Part shown: one piece after another, positions 30,336-39,719 of the stretch
Numbering within the stretch: position 1 is the first letter of the stretch
How the letters are laid out: the number at the start of each line of letters is the position of its first letter
Source: Desulfobacterales bacterium
Lineage (GTDB): Bacteria > Desulfobacterota > Desulfobacteria > Desulfobacterales > UBA5852
Reading direction: 5' to 3'
DNA length: 64,000 nucleotides
NCBI GenBank assembly: GCA_963674755.2
Contig: CAXXVS010000002.1
Location: 2,528,001 to 2,592,000, forward strand
Program-made: the position numbers and the translations under genes
Notes under the pieces: model-generated
What the model was told of the DNA's origin: nothing
What the model saw: the letters and a program-made list of their open reading frames with translations, nothing else
Database searches by the model: none

Positions 30336-30703
30336 GATTCTGAAACGCGCGACGTGATCGCCCCATGGCGTCGCCCCTCTCATTTTGATCGTGCCGGCAG
30401 CGGGTTGGCCACCGCCAAGGACATCGAGGGGGAAGACGACATCACCGAGCGCAAAGCCCTGCTAGGCACAATCGGCTGCGAGCGATCAGGGCAAGCGCCA
30501 CCCCTTATACCCCCACGCCGACCTCTATCGCCATACCGCGGGGAATGCTCCCCAACCTCTTTTCGGGCTCCCGCCGCAACCACCCCCAAACGCCCCGAAT
30601 CACGAAAATTACGGTTCCCAAATGCACTGTAACATGCTAAGATATATCTCATAAAAAATTTACGGCACTCTCTTCCGAAACCATTCTTAATTGAATTGAA
30701 ACG

Positions 30704-32362
30704 ATGCGCCCCATGTCCAATGCCGTGAAGAAGTCTTTCGGCTGGGGGTTACCGGTTATGCTGGCCATCGGCTGGCTGGTCGCTGCCCTGCCGGCGATGG
30801 CGGCCGAAGCGCCCCGGCGGTATATCAGCCTTGTCAGGGAATTGGACGCACCCACGGCCCGGGCCAAGGTGGAAGCCCTGCAGCCCTTCCTGGCATCCGA
30901 TATCTATTTACCGGAAATCGATATCCAGCATCCGGACGACGGCGCCCTGTTCCCGCCGAACATGGCCGCCCCCCATATTTTCTGGAACGATCCCTTCCTG
31001 CTTTCCGACACCTGGCTCGTTGTCATGGAGGCCCGCAACGGTGCACGAGTATGCTGCTTTACCGACCGGCCGCGCTGGGTGCCGGATCGGTCCACCTGGG
31101 CATGGCTCCGGCAGCAGGCCGGCCACGACCCGACGGGGTTAACCGTTATCGGCTTGGCCCGATCCACCGACCTGCACCCGGTAACCCGCACCCACATCAC
31201 ATTTACGATATCACCGGACCCCTTCGACGGCCTCATCTTCTTCAAACAGACGCGGCTTCCTTTTTTGCGGGCCCGGGAACATCCGGAACAGGCCCGCTGG
31301 GTGCTGGCCGACATCGCCGACGATGGGCCGCCGCAAATCGTCCTGGAAGGGGTCGGCACCTGCGCCCATTGCCACACGTTCTCGCCGGACGGCCATATGT
31401 TCGGAATCGATATTGATCGTAACGGCGACAAGGGGGGCTTTCTGCTGGCCCCAACCGCCCCCCGGATGCAGCTTGGTACTGCGCACTATCTCTCCTGGAA
31501 CAGTTACCGCCCGCAGGACGGCCGCTCCAGCATGGGGCTGTTCACCAAAATATCACCCTGCGGGCGCTACCTGATCAGCACGGTCAAGGAAACATCACTG
31601 TTTGCCATGTTGCCGGATCTCGCCTTTTCACAGCTTTTTTTCCCGCTGGAGGGCCGTCTGGCCGTTTATGATCAGGCGGCCGGCCGATTCTGGGTGCTGC
31701 CGGGCGGTGACCTAAACGATGCGGTGCAAACCTGCCCGGAGTGGAGTCCGGACGGGAAGACGATCATGTTTGCCAGGGCCCCTGTGAACGCTGCCCTGGC
31801 CAAGCAGATGCAGGCTAAAAAATTTCTGGAACCGGCCAGGGGGGAAACCATCGCCGATCTCAACCGGCGCTATCGCATCCGGTTCGACCTCTACACCTTG
31901 CCGTTCAACAACGGACGCGGGGGCACCCCCCGGCGGTTGGAGGGCGCCAGCAGCAACGGCCGCAGCAATTTCTTCCCGCGCTACTCTCCCGACGGGCAAT
32001 GGGTGGCTTTCAACCAGAGCGCCACAGGACTGGTCCTGCAACCGGACAGCGCTCTCTACCTGGTTCGCTCACAGGGCGGTCCGTCGCGGCGCATGCGCTG
32101 CAACACCGGACGGATGAACTCCTGGCACAGTTGGTCGCGCAACAGCCGCTGGCTGGTATTCGCCTCCAAAGCCATGAGCGCCTATACGGAACTACTTCTG
32201 ACCCATGTGGATGCGGCGGGCAACGACAGCCCGCCGGTGGCGCTGAACCGCCTGAACCAGGAAGGGTTTGCGGCCGTGCTCCCAGAAGTCATTCCGCGAA
32301 CATCCATGCCGCTGGAAAAAATTCGATTTGAAGAAGGTTTCTTCAGAAAAATCTCAAACTAA
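30704..32362 (+). CDS. Exported TolB-like (PD40 beta-propeller) protein with one CxxCH motif
   Basis: Signal peptide, CAHCH, PEWSPDGKTIMF, PRYSPDGQWVAF and SWSRNSRWLVFAS repeats. Confidence 0.88.
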   Translation: MRPMSNAVKKSFGWGLPVMLAIGWLVAALPAMAAEAPRRYISLVRELDAPTARAKVEALQPFLASDIYLPEIDIQHPDDGALFPPNMAAPHIFWNDPFLLSDTWLVVMEARNGARVCCFTDRPRWVPDRSTWAWLRQQAGHDPTGLTVIGLARSTDLHPVTRTHITFTISPDPFDGLIFFKQTRLPFLRAREHPEQARWVLADIADDGPPQIVLEGVGTCAHCHTFSPDGHMFGIDIDRNGDKGGFLLAPTAPRMQLGTAHYLSWNSYRPQDGRSSMGLFTKISPCGRYLISTVKETSLFAMLPDLAFSQLFFPLEGRLAVYDQAAGRFWVLPGGDLNDAVQTCPEWSPDGKTIMFARAPVNAALAKQMQAKKFLEPARGETIADLNRRYRIRFDLYTLPFNNGRGGTPRRLEGASSNGRSNFFPRYSPDGQWVAFNQSATGLVLQPDSALYLVRSQGGPSRRMRCNTGRMNSWHSWSRNSRWLVFASKAMSAYTELLLTHVDAAGNDSPPVALNRLNQEGFAAVLPEVIPRTSMPLEKIRFEEGFFRKISN

Positions 32363-32404
32363 CAGGATCCATCAACCGGGCACTGCCTAACCAAGGGAGG
32401 TCTT

Positions 32405-33061
32405 ATGCGAAAATTGCTCTACGGCACCTTGACTCTGTTCCTCTTGATGACGCTTTCCGGCCTTCCGGCGTACGGTTACGGGGGCGGCGGGGGTGGGGGC
32501 GGGGGTGGGAGCGGTAGTGGCGACGGCAGTGGAGCGGACGCCAACATGACGGATCTGGCAAACGGCGAGACCAGCAACCCGCCGGTCGGGTTTACCCCGC
32601 TTCCTCTTGATGAAAACTACATCACCGAGCTGTCCCCCGAACAGACCGCCAGCACCGACCGGACGGCTATCACTGGGGAACCGGAGACCCTGTCGCCGGA
32701 AGAATTGCAGCAATTGCAGGCCGCCTTCGACTTCATCATGATCACAACCGGCGGCATCATATTGGGATATTCCACGGCAGCGGCAGGGTGGACCGTCCTG
32801 GGGCAGGCCACCGCCTCGGGCGCCTATGCCGGCCTGACAACCTACGCCACAAGCGATGATGATAAGGCGGCAGGGAACACCACCAAAGCGACCATCCAGG
32901 ACTTTATAATCGGCTTTATCCCCGTCAACCCGATAGGGCAGGCGGCGATCAGCCAAGGGGTCAACAAGCTCAGAGAAGTCCTCCCCGAACCAAGCTTCAA
33001 CCGTGATCGCGCCTCGCTGGCAACCCTGCAGAGGAGCTTTGATCCCCACTATGCCTGGTAA
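32405..33061 (+). CDS. Exported glycine-rich hypothetical protein
   Basis: SD GGGAGG, signal peptide, a run of 10 Gly, then a Gly/Ala-rich hydrophobic segment. Confidence 0.82.
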   Translation: MRKLLYGTLTLFLLMTLSGLPAYGYGGGGGGGGGGSGSGDGSGADANMTDLANGETSNPPVGFTPLPLDENYITELSPEQTASTDRTAITGEPETLSPEELQQLQAAFDFIMITTGGIILGYSTAAAGWTVLGQATASGAYAGLTTYATSDDDKAAGNTTKATIQDFIIGFIPVNPIGQAAISQGVNKLREVLPEPSFNRDRASLATLQRSFDPHYAW

Positions 33062-33091
33062 ACTGACGCATTCTTTCAGGAGGAAGGCTGA

Positions 33092-34342
33092 ATGAAAACC
33101 GATTTCCGCAACCATCTGCACTTCGCTCTGGTGGTGTGCCTGATCGCCTTCTGGTTGGCAGCGCCAGCCTTGGCATCGGATGTCAATGATCCCCGGGCCC
33201 GCCAATTGGCACTGGCCATCGGCTACGCGATGAGCGGGCAGCAAGACTGCCTCTCCGCTATTGAGGAGGTAGAAACAGGCGCCGTGTTGCAACGGATCGA
33301 TGAAAAGTTGGCCGATCCCGATTTTTACCTGGCCGGCGCCTATATCCATAGCTTCACGAATACAAATGCCAAGGGCTGTCTGTCCGGTCTGATTTATCAC
33401 CGGGATGGCTTGAGCCGCATCATCCTGACGGGATTCAAAGCCGCCTTTCGGGAAGACGCCCGATTGGCCATCACGCGCCTTGATCTGTCCCCCACCTATA
33501 CGCCCACCCCCCGCACGTCGCTTTATTTTGTTCCGGCCGAAAAGGCCTCCGCGGACAGCTTCCGCGGCCTCGCTTTCAAAAAAGCACTGCTGAAGGCCAA
33601 CCGGCACGCCATCCCATCGGAAGGGCGACGGGGCGACAGCCGCCCCAGGGCGTATACCGTGGTGGCCTTCATGATGGACCGCCAACCGCCTGACGTTCAG
33701 ATGGAGATAGTCCAAAGCACCATTTCCGGCAGTGCTTCGGGAGCCCGTCGTCATCATGGGCAAAACCAGGACGGATGGTGTTACACGATCCTTCCTGCGA
33801 CCTTCGCCTACAGCCAGGGAGAGGAAAACTTCTTCAATATCTTCCTCCATGTGAATAAAAATCTCTGGCTGGCCAATACTTACTCTACTCACTCCCTGCT
33901 CATGCGCACCCAGCAGGCTCTGGCTCAGCGGGGATATGATCCGGGCCCGGTCGACGGGCAAATGGGCGCCCAAACACGCCGGGCCATCGAGCGTTTCCAG
34001 AAGCAACAGGGACTTCCGATGGACGGACAACCCTCCCTGGCCTTGCTGGCGCTATTACGGGCGACCGATTGGCCCCCTGCGGTGCCGCTGGTCCAAACAT
34101 CCCTGACAATGTTGGGTTACGATCCGGGACCCATCGACGGCCAGATGGGTCGCCAGACAGCCGGAGCCATCCGTGCCTACCAGAACGCCTGCGGTATGTC
34201 GGCCGACGGAAAACTCAGCGCAGGTCTGCTATGCCATCTGGCCGAAGCCGCCGGCCCCCTGCCGGCCATGACGGGTGGCCAGGGCCTCCGGGTCAAGCGC
34301 TTCACCGCCAAGATGTGGCCTAACATGTTGGGAACCCCCTGA
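33092..34342 (+). CDS. Exported protein with an unknown N-terminal domain and two peptidoglycan-binding (PG_binding_1) repeats
   Basis: Signal peptide ending ALA; two copies of Q..L...GYDPGP.DGQMG.QT..AI...Q...G...DG. Confidence 0.88.
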   Translation: MKTDFRNHLHFALVVCLIAFWLAAPALASDVNDPRARQLALAIGYAMSGQQDCLSAIEEVETGAVLQRIDEKLADPDFYLAGAYIHSFTNTNAKGCLSGLIYHRDGLSRIILTGFKAAFREDARLAITRLDLSPTYTPTPRTSLYFVPAEKASADSFRGLAFKKALLKANRHAIPSEGRRGDSRPRAYTVVAFMMDRQPPDVQMEIVQSTISGSASGARRHHGQNQDGWCYTILPATFAYSQGEENFFNIFLHVNKNLWLANTYSTHSLLMRTQQALAQRGYDPGPVDGQMGAQTRRAIERFQKQQGLPMDGQPSLALLALLRATDWPPAVPLVQTSLTMLGYDPGPIDGQMGRQTAGAIRAYQNACGMSADGKLSAGLLCHLAEAAGPLPAMTGGQGLRVKRFTAKMWPNMLGTP

Positions 34343-34378
34343 AAAAGCATAACGGTCCAACAAGCCGGAGGATAGCTG

Positions 34379-35260
34379 ATGATCACAAAGCAATTTTGGG
34401 CAATATTGACGATAGCCATGATAGCCATGCTGCCGGGCTGCAGCGCGACGCGCCAGATGATGGGGGTGGTCGCCTCCCCGGAGCTGGTGGCTGAATCTTT
34501 GGAAACCATGCCGCCGGATGCGGCCGTAGTAGCCCGCGCCATCGGGAACCGTCTGGGCGGCGATGCCCTGCCGGCCGCTGTGCGGCTGGAGCCTGCGGTG
34601 GATCGGGTTTTAAATACCTACCCGGGAATTGAACCCGGCTTCAGGGTGCGCTCGGCCAATCTATGCCAGTATACGAAAACGGGTACCGGATCCGCTGCCC
34701 GCCGGGCGGCCGGACGCCTCGAATTGCAGGACGGTCTGGGACGCACGGCGGCGGTGACCTTTGAAGCGGATTACGACACCGGACCCCGCACGGTCGTAAA
34801 GAAGGTGCGTATCACCCCTCTTTTCGACACCCCACCCGAAGCGATTTGTTTTGTGGTGCCGGCCCAGGCGGCGCGTCTGGACAAGGGCAATCTTCCCCGC
34901 AGCTTTGCGGCCTTCTACCAATATATGGGCGAACGGGCGCTGAGCCCCCAGGCAGTGGTCCCGGGGGGGGCTTCTGACTATGTGATGGCCGTGTTCTTCC
35001 TGAACCGGATGTCACCTTCGGCCAAAGCAAGCCTGGCCGTTTCTAGTACACCGGCCGGCATCCAGGGCTATGCCAAGGACAGCCGCTATGCCGACTACAA
35101 CGGCTGGCGCGTGGGACTGGTCGCCGGGCGCCTGGCCCTGAAAAATCCCCAGAGCACAAGCAGCGTATATCTCAAAGCCGTCTATACCCCCGGCAAGGAA
35201 GCCGGCTTTTTTAAGATAGCCAAACTGGTGGGCGTGTATGCCTTGGCCCAAAGAGAATAG
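34379..35260 (+). CDS. Lipoprotein, paralog of the N-terminal domain of the upstream gene
   Basis: Lipobox LPGC; colinear motifs shared with the 33092 protein. Confidence 0.83.
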   Translation: MITKQFWAILTIAMIAMLPGCSATRQMMGVVASPELVAESLETMPPDAAVVARAIGNRLGGDALPAAVRLEPAVDRVLNTYPGIEPGFRVRSANLCQYTKTGTGSAARRAAGRLELQDGLGRTAAVTFEADYDTGPRTVVKKVRITPLFDTPPEAICFVVPAQAARLDKGNLPRSFAAFYQYMGERALSPQAVVPGGASDYVMAVFFLNRMSPSAKASLAVSSTPAGIQGYAKDSRYADYNGWRVGLVAGRLALKNPQSTSSVYLKAVYTPGKEAGFFKIAKLVGVYALAQRE

Positions 35261-35271
35261 GGACCCTATCA

Positions 35272-35460
35272 GTGCCCATCCCTAAATGGCAGACTTTGGT
35301 TCCTGGCAAAGCCCGAGCGCATTTTCCCGCTCCGCGGGACTTCTCGGCTGATCGATTCCCAGCGGTGGGTGTCAACCGGAGGAAAAGCAAGCTATTTCGA
35401 GGATTGAAAACAAGCGAGAACGCCGCCAGGGGATGAAAAATGCCATTTATGGATGGGCAC
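35272..35460. mobile_element. MITE-like element, family B copy 2
   Basis: 20-bp terminal inverted repeats GTGCCCATCCCTAAATGGCA / TGCCATTTATGGATGGGCAC (19 of 20 match). Confidence 0.78.
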
Positions 35461-35665
35461 GAACTAGGTAAAAATACCCATGCGATCCATCCCTGATTGG
35501 GCAATTGTACCAATTGCATACCCATGCAGGGCTTCTATAATATAGGAGGGTTAAAAGCCCCATGCAAACGCCCACCGTCGGCCGCCTTGCCGCGATTTAA
35601 GGGCGTAGGTCAGTGGCCATCCATAATTAGAGAAACCGCCCGCTTTCCGTGAAGGAGACAAGACC

Positions 35666-36148
35666 ATGGAGCTTAAATCCGTTGCCATCGACAATCCCGA
35701 TCAGTTGAATTTCATTCTGGGCCAATCCCATTTCATCAAAACCGTCGAGGATCTCTACGAAGCCATCGTGACAACCGTCCCCGGGGCCAGATTTGGTCTG
35801 GCCTTTTGCGAAGCCTCGGATGTCTGCCTGGTCCGCCATGCCGGAACCGACGAGGAACTTGTCGCCCTGGCCCAGAAAAACGCCATGGATCTGGCGGCCG
35901 GGCACAGCTTCATTATTTTCCTGCGCGACATGTTTCCCGTCAATATCCTCAACACCATCAAGAATGTTCCCGAAGTATGCCGCATTTTCTGCGCCACGGC
36001 CAACCCTGTCGAAGTCATCATTGCCGAAAGCGATCTGGGCCGCGGCATTATGGGCGTCATCGACGGTTATGCCGCCAAGGGCATCGAAGGGGAAGAGGAT
36101 ATTGCCAAACGCAAAGCCCTCTTGCGCACCATCGGCTACAAGCTTTAG
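35666..36148 (+). CDS. Adenosine-specific kinase family protein (DUF355)
   Basis: NFILGQSHFIKTVED, FCATANP, GRGIMGVIDG and C-terminal IGYKL. Confidence 0.92.
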   Translation: MELKSVAIDNPDQLNFILGQSHFIKTVEDLYEAIVTTVPGARFGLAFCEASDVCLVRHAGTDEELVALAQKNAMDLAAGHSFIIFLRDMFPVNILNTIKNVPEVCRIFCATANPVEVIIAESDLGRGIMGVIDGYAAKGIEGEEDIAKRKALLRTIGYKL

Positions 36149-36244
36149 GGGCGGAGTCTGCCCATGCAGACGTTCGGCGCCGGCCTCGATCGGTTTGTTG
36201 CAACGGATTTTTTCCGGAAACCCTTTTTACAAAAGGAGATCCCC

Positions 36245-36439
36245 ATGGCCAAGCGGATTGTCATCGATGAAGATGAATGTGAAGGCTGCGAAACCTGTGT
36301 CGAGCTGTGCCCGAACGTCTTCGCGTTTGACGACGACGCGCAGAAGGCGCGGGTCATCGACCCTGAATCCAAAGAGGACTGTGTCGAGGAAGCCATGGAT
36401 TCATGCCCGGTGGAATGCATCAGCTGGGAAGAAGATTAG
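36245..36439 (+). CDS. Single-cluster ferredoxin
   Basis: CEGCETCVELCP ... SCPVECI; SD AAGGAG. Confidence 0.93.
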   Translation: MAKRIVIDEDECEGCETCVELCPNVFAFDDDAQKARVIDPESKEDCVEEAMDSCPVECISWEED

Positions 36440-36545
36440 CGTCCGAACGTTCTCCCGCAATACCACCTGCCAAACGAAATCACCGGGGGCAACATCTTTC
36501 AGGATGCCCGGACCGAATGCCCCTGCCCTGCCACAGGATTGAATC

Positions 36546-36887
36546 GAGAGTCTCCTCCTGCATAGCGGGAGGCCTCAGGTAGCCCCCTAAAAGAAGGCTT
36601 CAAGAATGAAGTTTTGGTCTTTGGTTTTCAGATTTCCCTTTGTCCCGCGCCGAGCATCGGCGATGCGGCCGGATAAAAGCGCGCGGACTGTCTGACCCCG
36701 CCGCAGGCGGGGGAGTTTCCGCGCGCTCCGGCCGTGTCGACGACGCGCAGGGTTAAGCGGGACACGGGCGTTTTCTTTTAGCTTCCTTTTCTTTCACGGG
36801 AAAGAAAAGGAAGGATCCAATTGATGTAAAGGCACTCCGGATCGGTAGAACTCTCCGCGTCCTCCACCAGAGGCGGAGGGTTTAGAT
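36546..36887 (+). repeat. Structured repeat family A, copy 1
   Basis: Shares G(A/T)GAGTCT..GCATAGC, TTTGTCCCGCGCCGAGCATCGGCG, GCGGGACACGGGCG and a terminal TAGAT with the other copies. Confidence 0.88.
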
Positions 36888-37250
36888 TATCGCTATGGCA
36901 ATAATACATACCAACTCACCATCTTGCAGCCTGCGTCGCCTCCAGTCGACTGCCGCCGCAGGCCAATCATGAGTGCCGGATCTCCTTCAAAAGCCAAAGG
37001 TTGCTCCATATCCGGCCGCCTGCCTCGCCCGTCACAATGACCATCCCTCACGGCCTCGAAGGCCGCCGTAGCCGGTAATGCCCATCCGCCCTTCGATACA
37101 CGCTTCTGCATGGCCAACCGAATCCTAACGAACCGATTATCAGGGGCTAACCTTTACGGCTCTTTTATAGACCCGTTTTCAAGCGCTTGGGATCTCCATC
37201 GGTCGGCGTTTCCCGCCGGCATAACTTTTTTTTGCAACGAGGAGGCTTTG

Positions 37251-37916
37251 ATGAAACATCCTGCGGCCAAAACCGAATCTTCCAAACGCCTCACCCGGCG
37301 TCATTTCCTCAAACAGTCCGCCCTGGCGGGAGCGGCGGTCTTCGCCACCGCCAGCGTGGGGCCGTGGTTCATCAAGGACGCCTTCTCCACTTCGGGTGAT
37401 CTGCGCCTGTTCACCTGGTCCGACTATTCCAAGCCCGAAGTGATCGAGGCCTTTGAAAAGGCCACCGGCATCAATGTAAAGCTGACCAACTACAGCACCA
37501 ATGTGGCCTCCTTCGTCGGCGAGAACCACCGCCTGAAGGGGCGGGTCCAAAAAGCCGCCGGGCCATTGGCGGAAGTAAAACCGCCTCCGGCATCCTCCAC
37601 TGCCAGAACCCGAAACATCTGGGGGAGGGCCATGCCTCCCACCTGTTTATCCGCCCCGAGGCCATTACGCTGGCCAATGGCAACGGCAACGGCAACGGCA
37701 ACGGAGAAAATTGCCTTGCCTGCCGGGTGGAAAACCACCATTTCGAAGGGCCGTACGCCAACATCTTTCTTCGCACCGCCGGCGACGAGGTTCTGACCAT
37801 GCGGTTGAACAATGACGGCCACACGATTGCCCTGGACGCCGGTCAACCCGTCACGGTAACCTTTCGCCCGGCCAGCGCCGTGGCGTTTGACCGGGGGGGA
37901 GAGGCCCCATGCGTGA
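37251..37916 (+). pseudogene. Fused remnants of a PotD-like Tat binding protein (N-terminus) and a PotA-like ABC ATPase (C-terminus)
   Basis: TRRHFLK Tat leader and LFTWSDY..FEKATGI.V join near 37503 to VASFVGEN; LFIRPEA and the TOBE-like tail continue in a shifted frame. Confidence 0.85.
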
Positions 37917-38802
37917 GCTCTGGCAACAGGCCCTGCAAACCTTCGGCCGGGCGGGCCTCACGTATATATTGATGGCGGTGGGGCTATGGCTGCTCTTGAT
38001 GGTTCTGGTGCCCCAACTCATCATGATCGATTACGCCCTGCGTCCCCTGCTGCCCCTCGACAAAATCGGCGGCCCGGAGGATGTCCGGACCCTCGCCAAT
38101 TTCCGGTTTCTCTTCACGAACCCCCTCCATCGCATGGTCTTTCTGAAAACCATCTGGTCCAGTCTCGTAGTGACTGTGGTGGCGCTGGGGGTTTGCTACC
38201 CGATGGCCTTCTACCTCGCCAAGGTCGCCGGGGGCCCCCGGATCGGCTGGATCATGATCGGCCTGATCATCCCCTATTGGATCAATGAACTGCTGCGGCT
38301 GTTCGCCTGGCAGCTCATCCTGTCCGACAACGGCATCTTCAACCTGGTCCTCATGGCCGTCGGCGTCATCCACGAGCCGGTCAATTTCCGGGCCGGCAAC
38401 GGGGCGGTGATCGTCGGGAGGACCTATGCCTATGTGCTGTTCATGGTGTTTCCCCTCTACAACGTCATGGAGAGCCTGGATCGCAACCAGGTTGACGCCG
38501 CCCGGGACCTGGGGGCCTCCTGGTTTCGCATCCATCGCCGGATCGTGGTGCCCCATGCCAAACCGGGCATTGCGGTGGGCGGCATCATGACCTTCATGCT
38601 GGCGGCCGGCTCGATTGCGGCCCCCCAGCTCCTGGGCAGTCCCAGCAGCTTCTGGTTCACGGAAATCATCTATACCCATTTCGAAACGGCGGACTGGAAT
38701 CAGGGGGCGGCCTATGCCACCGTGCTGGCGGCCCTGTGCCTGGCATTCGGCTTTTTGATGCTGAAAGTCTTCCGCGTCAGTTTAAGGGAGCTGGCCCGCT
38801 GA
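37909..38802 (+). CDS. Polyamine ABC transporter permease, PotB-like
   Basis: Multiple TM segments, YPMAFYL, AARDLGAS (EAA loop) and WNQGAA. Confidence 0.88.
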   Translation: MRELWQQALQTFGRAGLTYILMAVGLWLLLMVLVPQLIMIDYALRPLLPLDKIGGPEDVRTLANFRFLFTNPLHRMVFLKTIWSSLVVTVVALGVCYPMAFYLAKVAGGPRIGWIMIGLIIPYWINELLRLFAWQLILSDNGIFNLVLMAVGVIHEPVNFRAGNGAVIVGRTYAYVLFMVFPLYNVMESLDRNQVDAARDLGASWFRIHRRIVVPHAKPGIAVGGIMTFMLAAGSIAAPQLLGSPSSFWFTEIIYTHFETADWNQGAAYATVLAALCLAFGFLMLKVFRVSLRELAR

Positions 38803-39566
38803 TGTCGTCCCAGTCGATCCTCCGTAGCGCCACCGCATGTTATCTGGCCCTGTTTTTCACCTATCTTTTTTTGCCGCTCCTGATATTGAACGGTGTCGAA
38901 CTGGACGGCCTCGATGCCGCAGGCCGCTATTTCCATGTGCTCGTGGTGGGGTCCGGGCATCCTATCCCCCAAGATACGCCGCTTGTGGATGCCATGGCAT
39001 TGGCCCGTCAACAGGAAGCGCTGGTGATCTGGGCCCATCCCCACTGGACAGGCAACACGGTGGCAGAAGCGCGGGGCCACGAATTTGACGGTCTGGAAAT
39101 CTACAACCACGGTTGCCAGTGCGAAATCGGCAAAGGCTATGCCACCTCACAATGGGATGAAATGCTCGAAACCCGTTCCGAAGTTATCGGCATCGCCACG
39201 GACGACGCTCATTTTACAACCGATAGTATGTTCTGGAAGGGGGGCTGGGTCATGGTCGATGCCCCCCGCTGTAAGCGAAGGGCCATTCTGGAAGCTCTCC
39301 GGCAGGGCCGGTTTTATGCCTCCCAGGGGCCGGTCATCCATTCCCTGGAGGTGGAAGACGATCAGGTGCGGATGCAGACCTCGCCGATCCGGTTCGCCCG
39401 CTTGGTCGGTCCCCGCTACAAGGGGGAATGGATCCACCAAACCCGGAAATTCACGGAAGCGGCCTTCCGTCTTCCGACGGACTGGGATTTCGTGCGCCTT
39501 GAGATCGAAGATGCCGAAGGCCGCCGGGCCTGGACCAATGCCCTTCCCGTCTGCTCCAGGCCGTGA
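38802..39566 (+). pseudogene. In-frame fusion of a PotC-like first TM helix to the C-terminal part of a PHP (CehA/McbA-like) hydrolase
   Basis: YLFLPLLIL followed by NGVE, AHPHW, LEIYN, ATDDAH and AWTN; the N-terminal HxH motif of PHP domains is absent. Confidence 0.75.
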
Positions 39567-39677
39567 GTCTCCCGCCGCATAGGGGGCAGGTCTCTGACAG
39601 CACGACCTGAGGCGGTTTAAAGTCGGCTTATAGTTTTTGGTTTTGAATTGCCGTTTGTCCCGCGCCGGGCATCGGCG
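39563..39677 (+). repeat. Structured repeat family A, copy 2 (left part only)
   Basis: GTGAGTCTCCCGCCGCATAG ... TTTGGTTTTGAATT ... TTTGTCCCGCGCCGGGCATCGGCG, after which homology stops. Confidence 0.8.
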
Positions 39678-39719
39678 CGGGGGCCAATAGAAACCCGCCC
39701 CCGTCAGCCGGCCGTCGGC

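Noticed and set aside
32387..34030. 547-aa minus-strand ORF, and similar long antisense ORFs such as 53525-55330, 1755-2966 and 59064-60290
   Set aside because: They are shadows of well-supported genes on the opposite strand, which are common in GC-rich DNA, and they carry no motifs.
36686..36722. CTGTCTGA...GAGTTT in family A as a hammerhead ribozyme core
   Set aside because: It lacks the CUGANGA and GAAA core and the three-stem junction.
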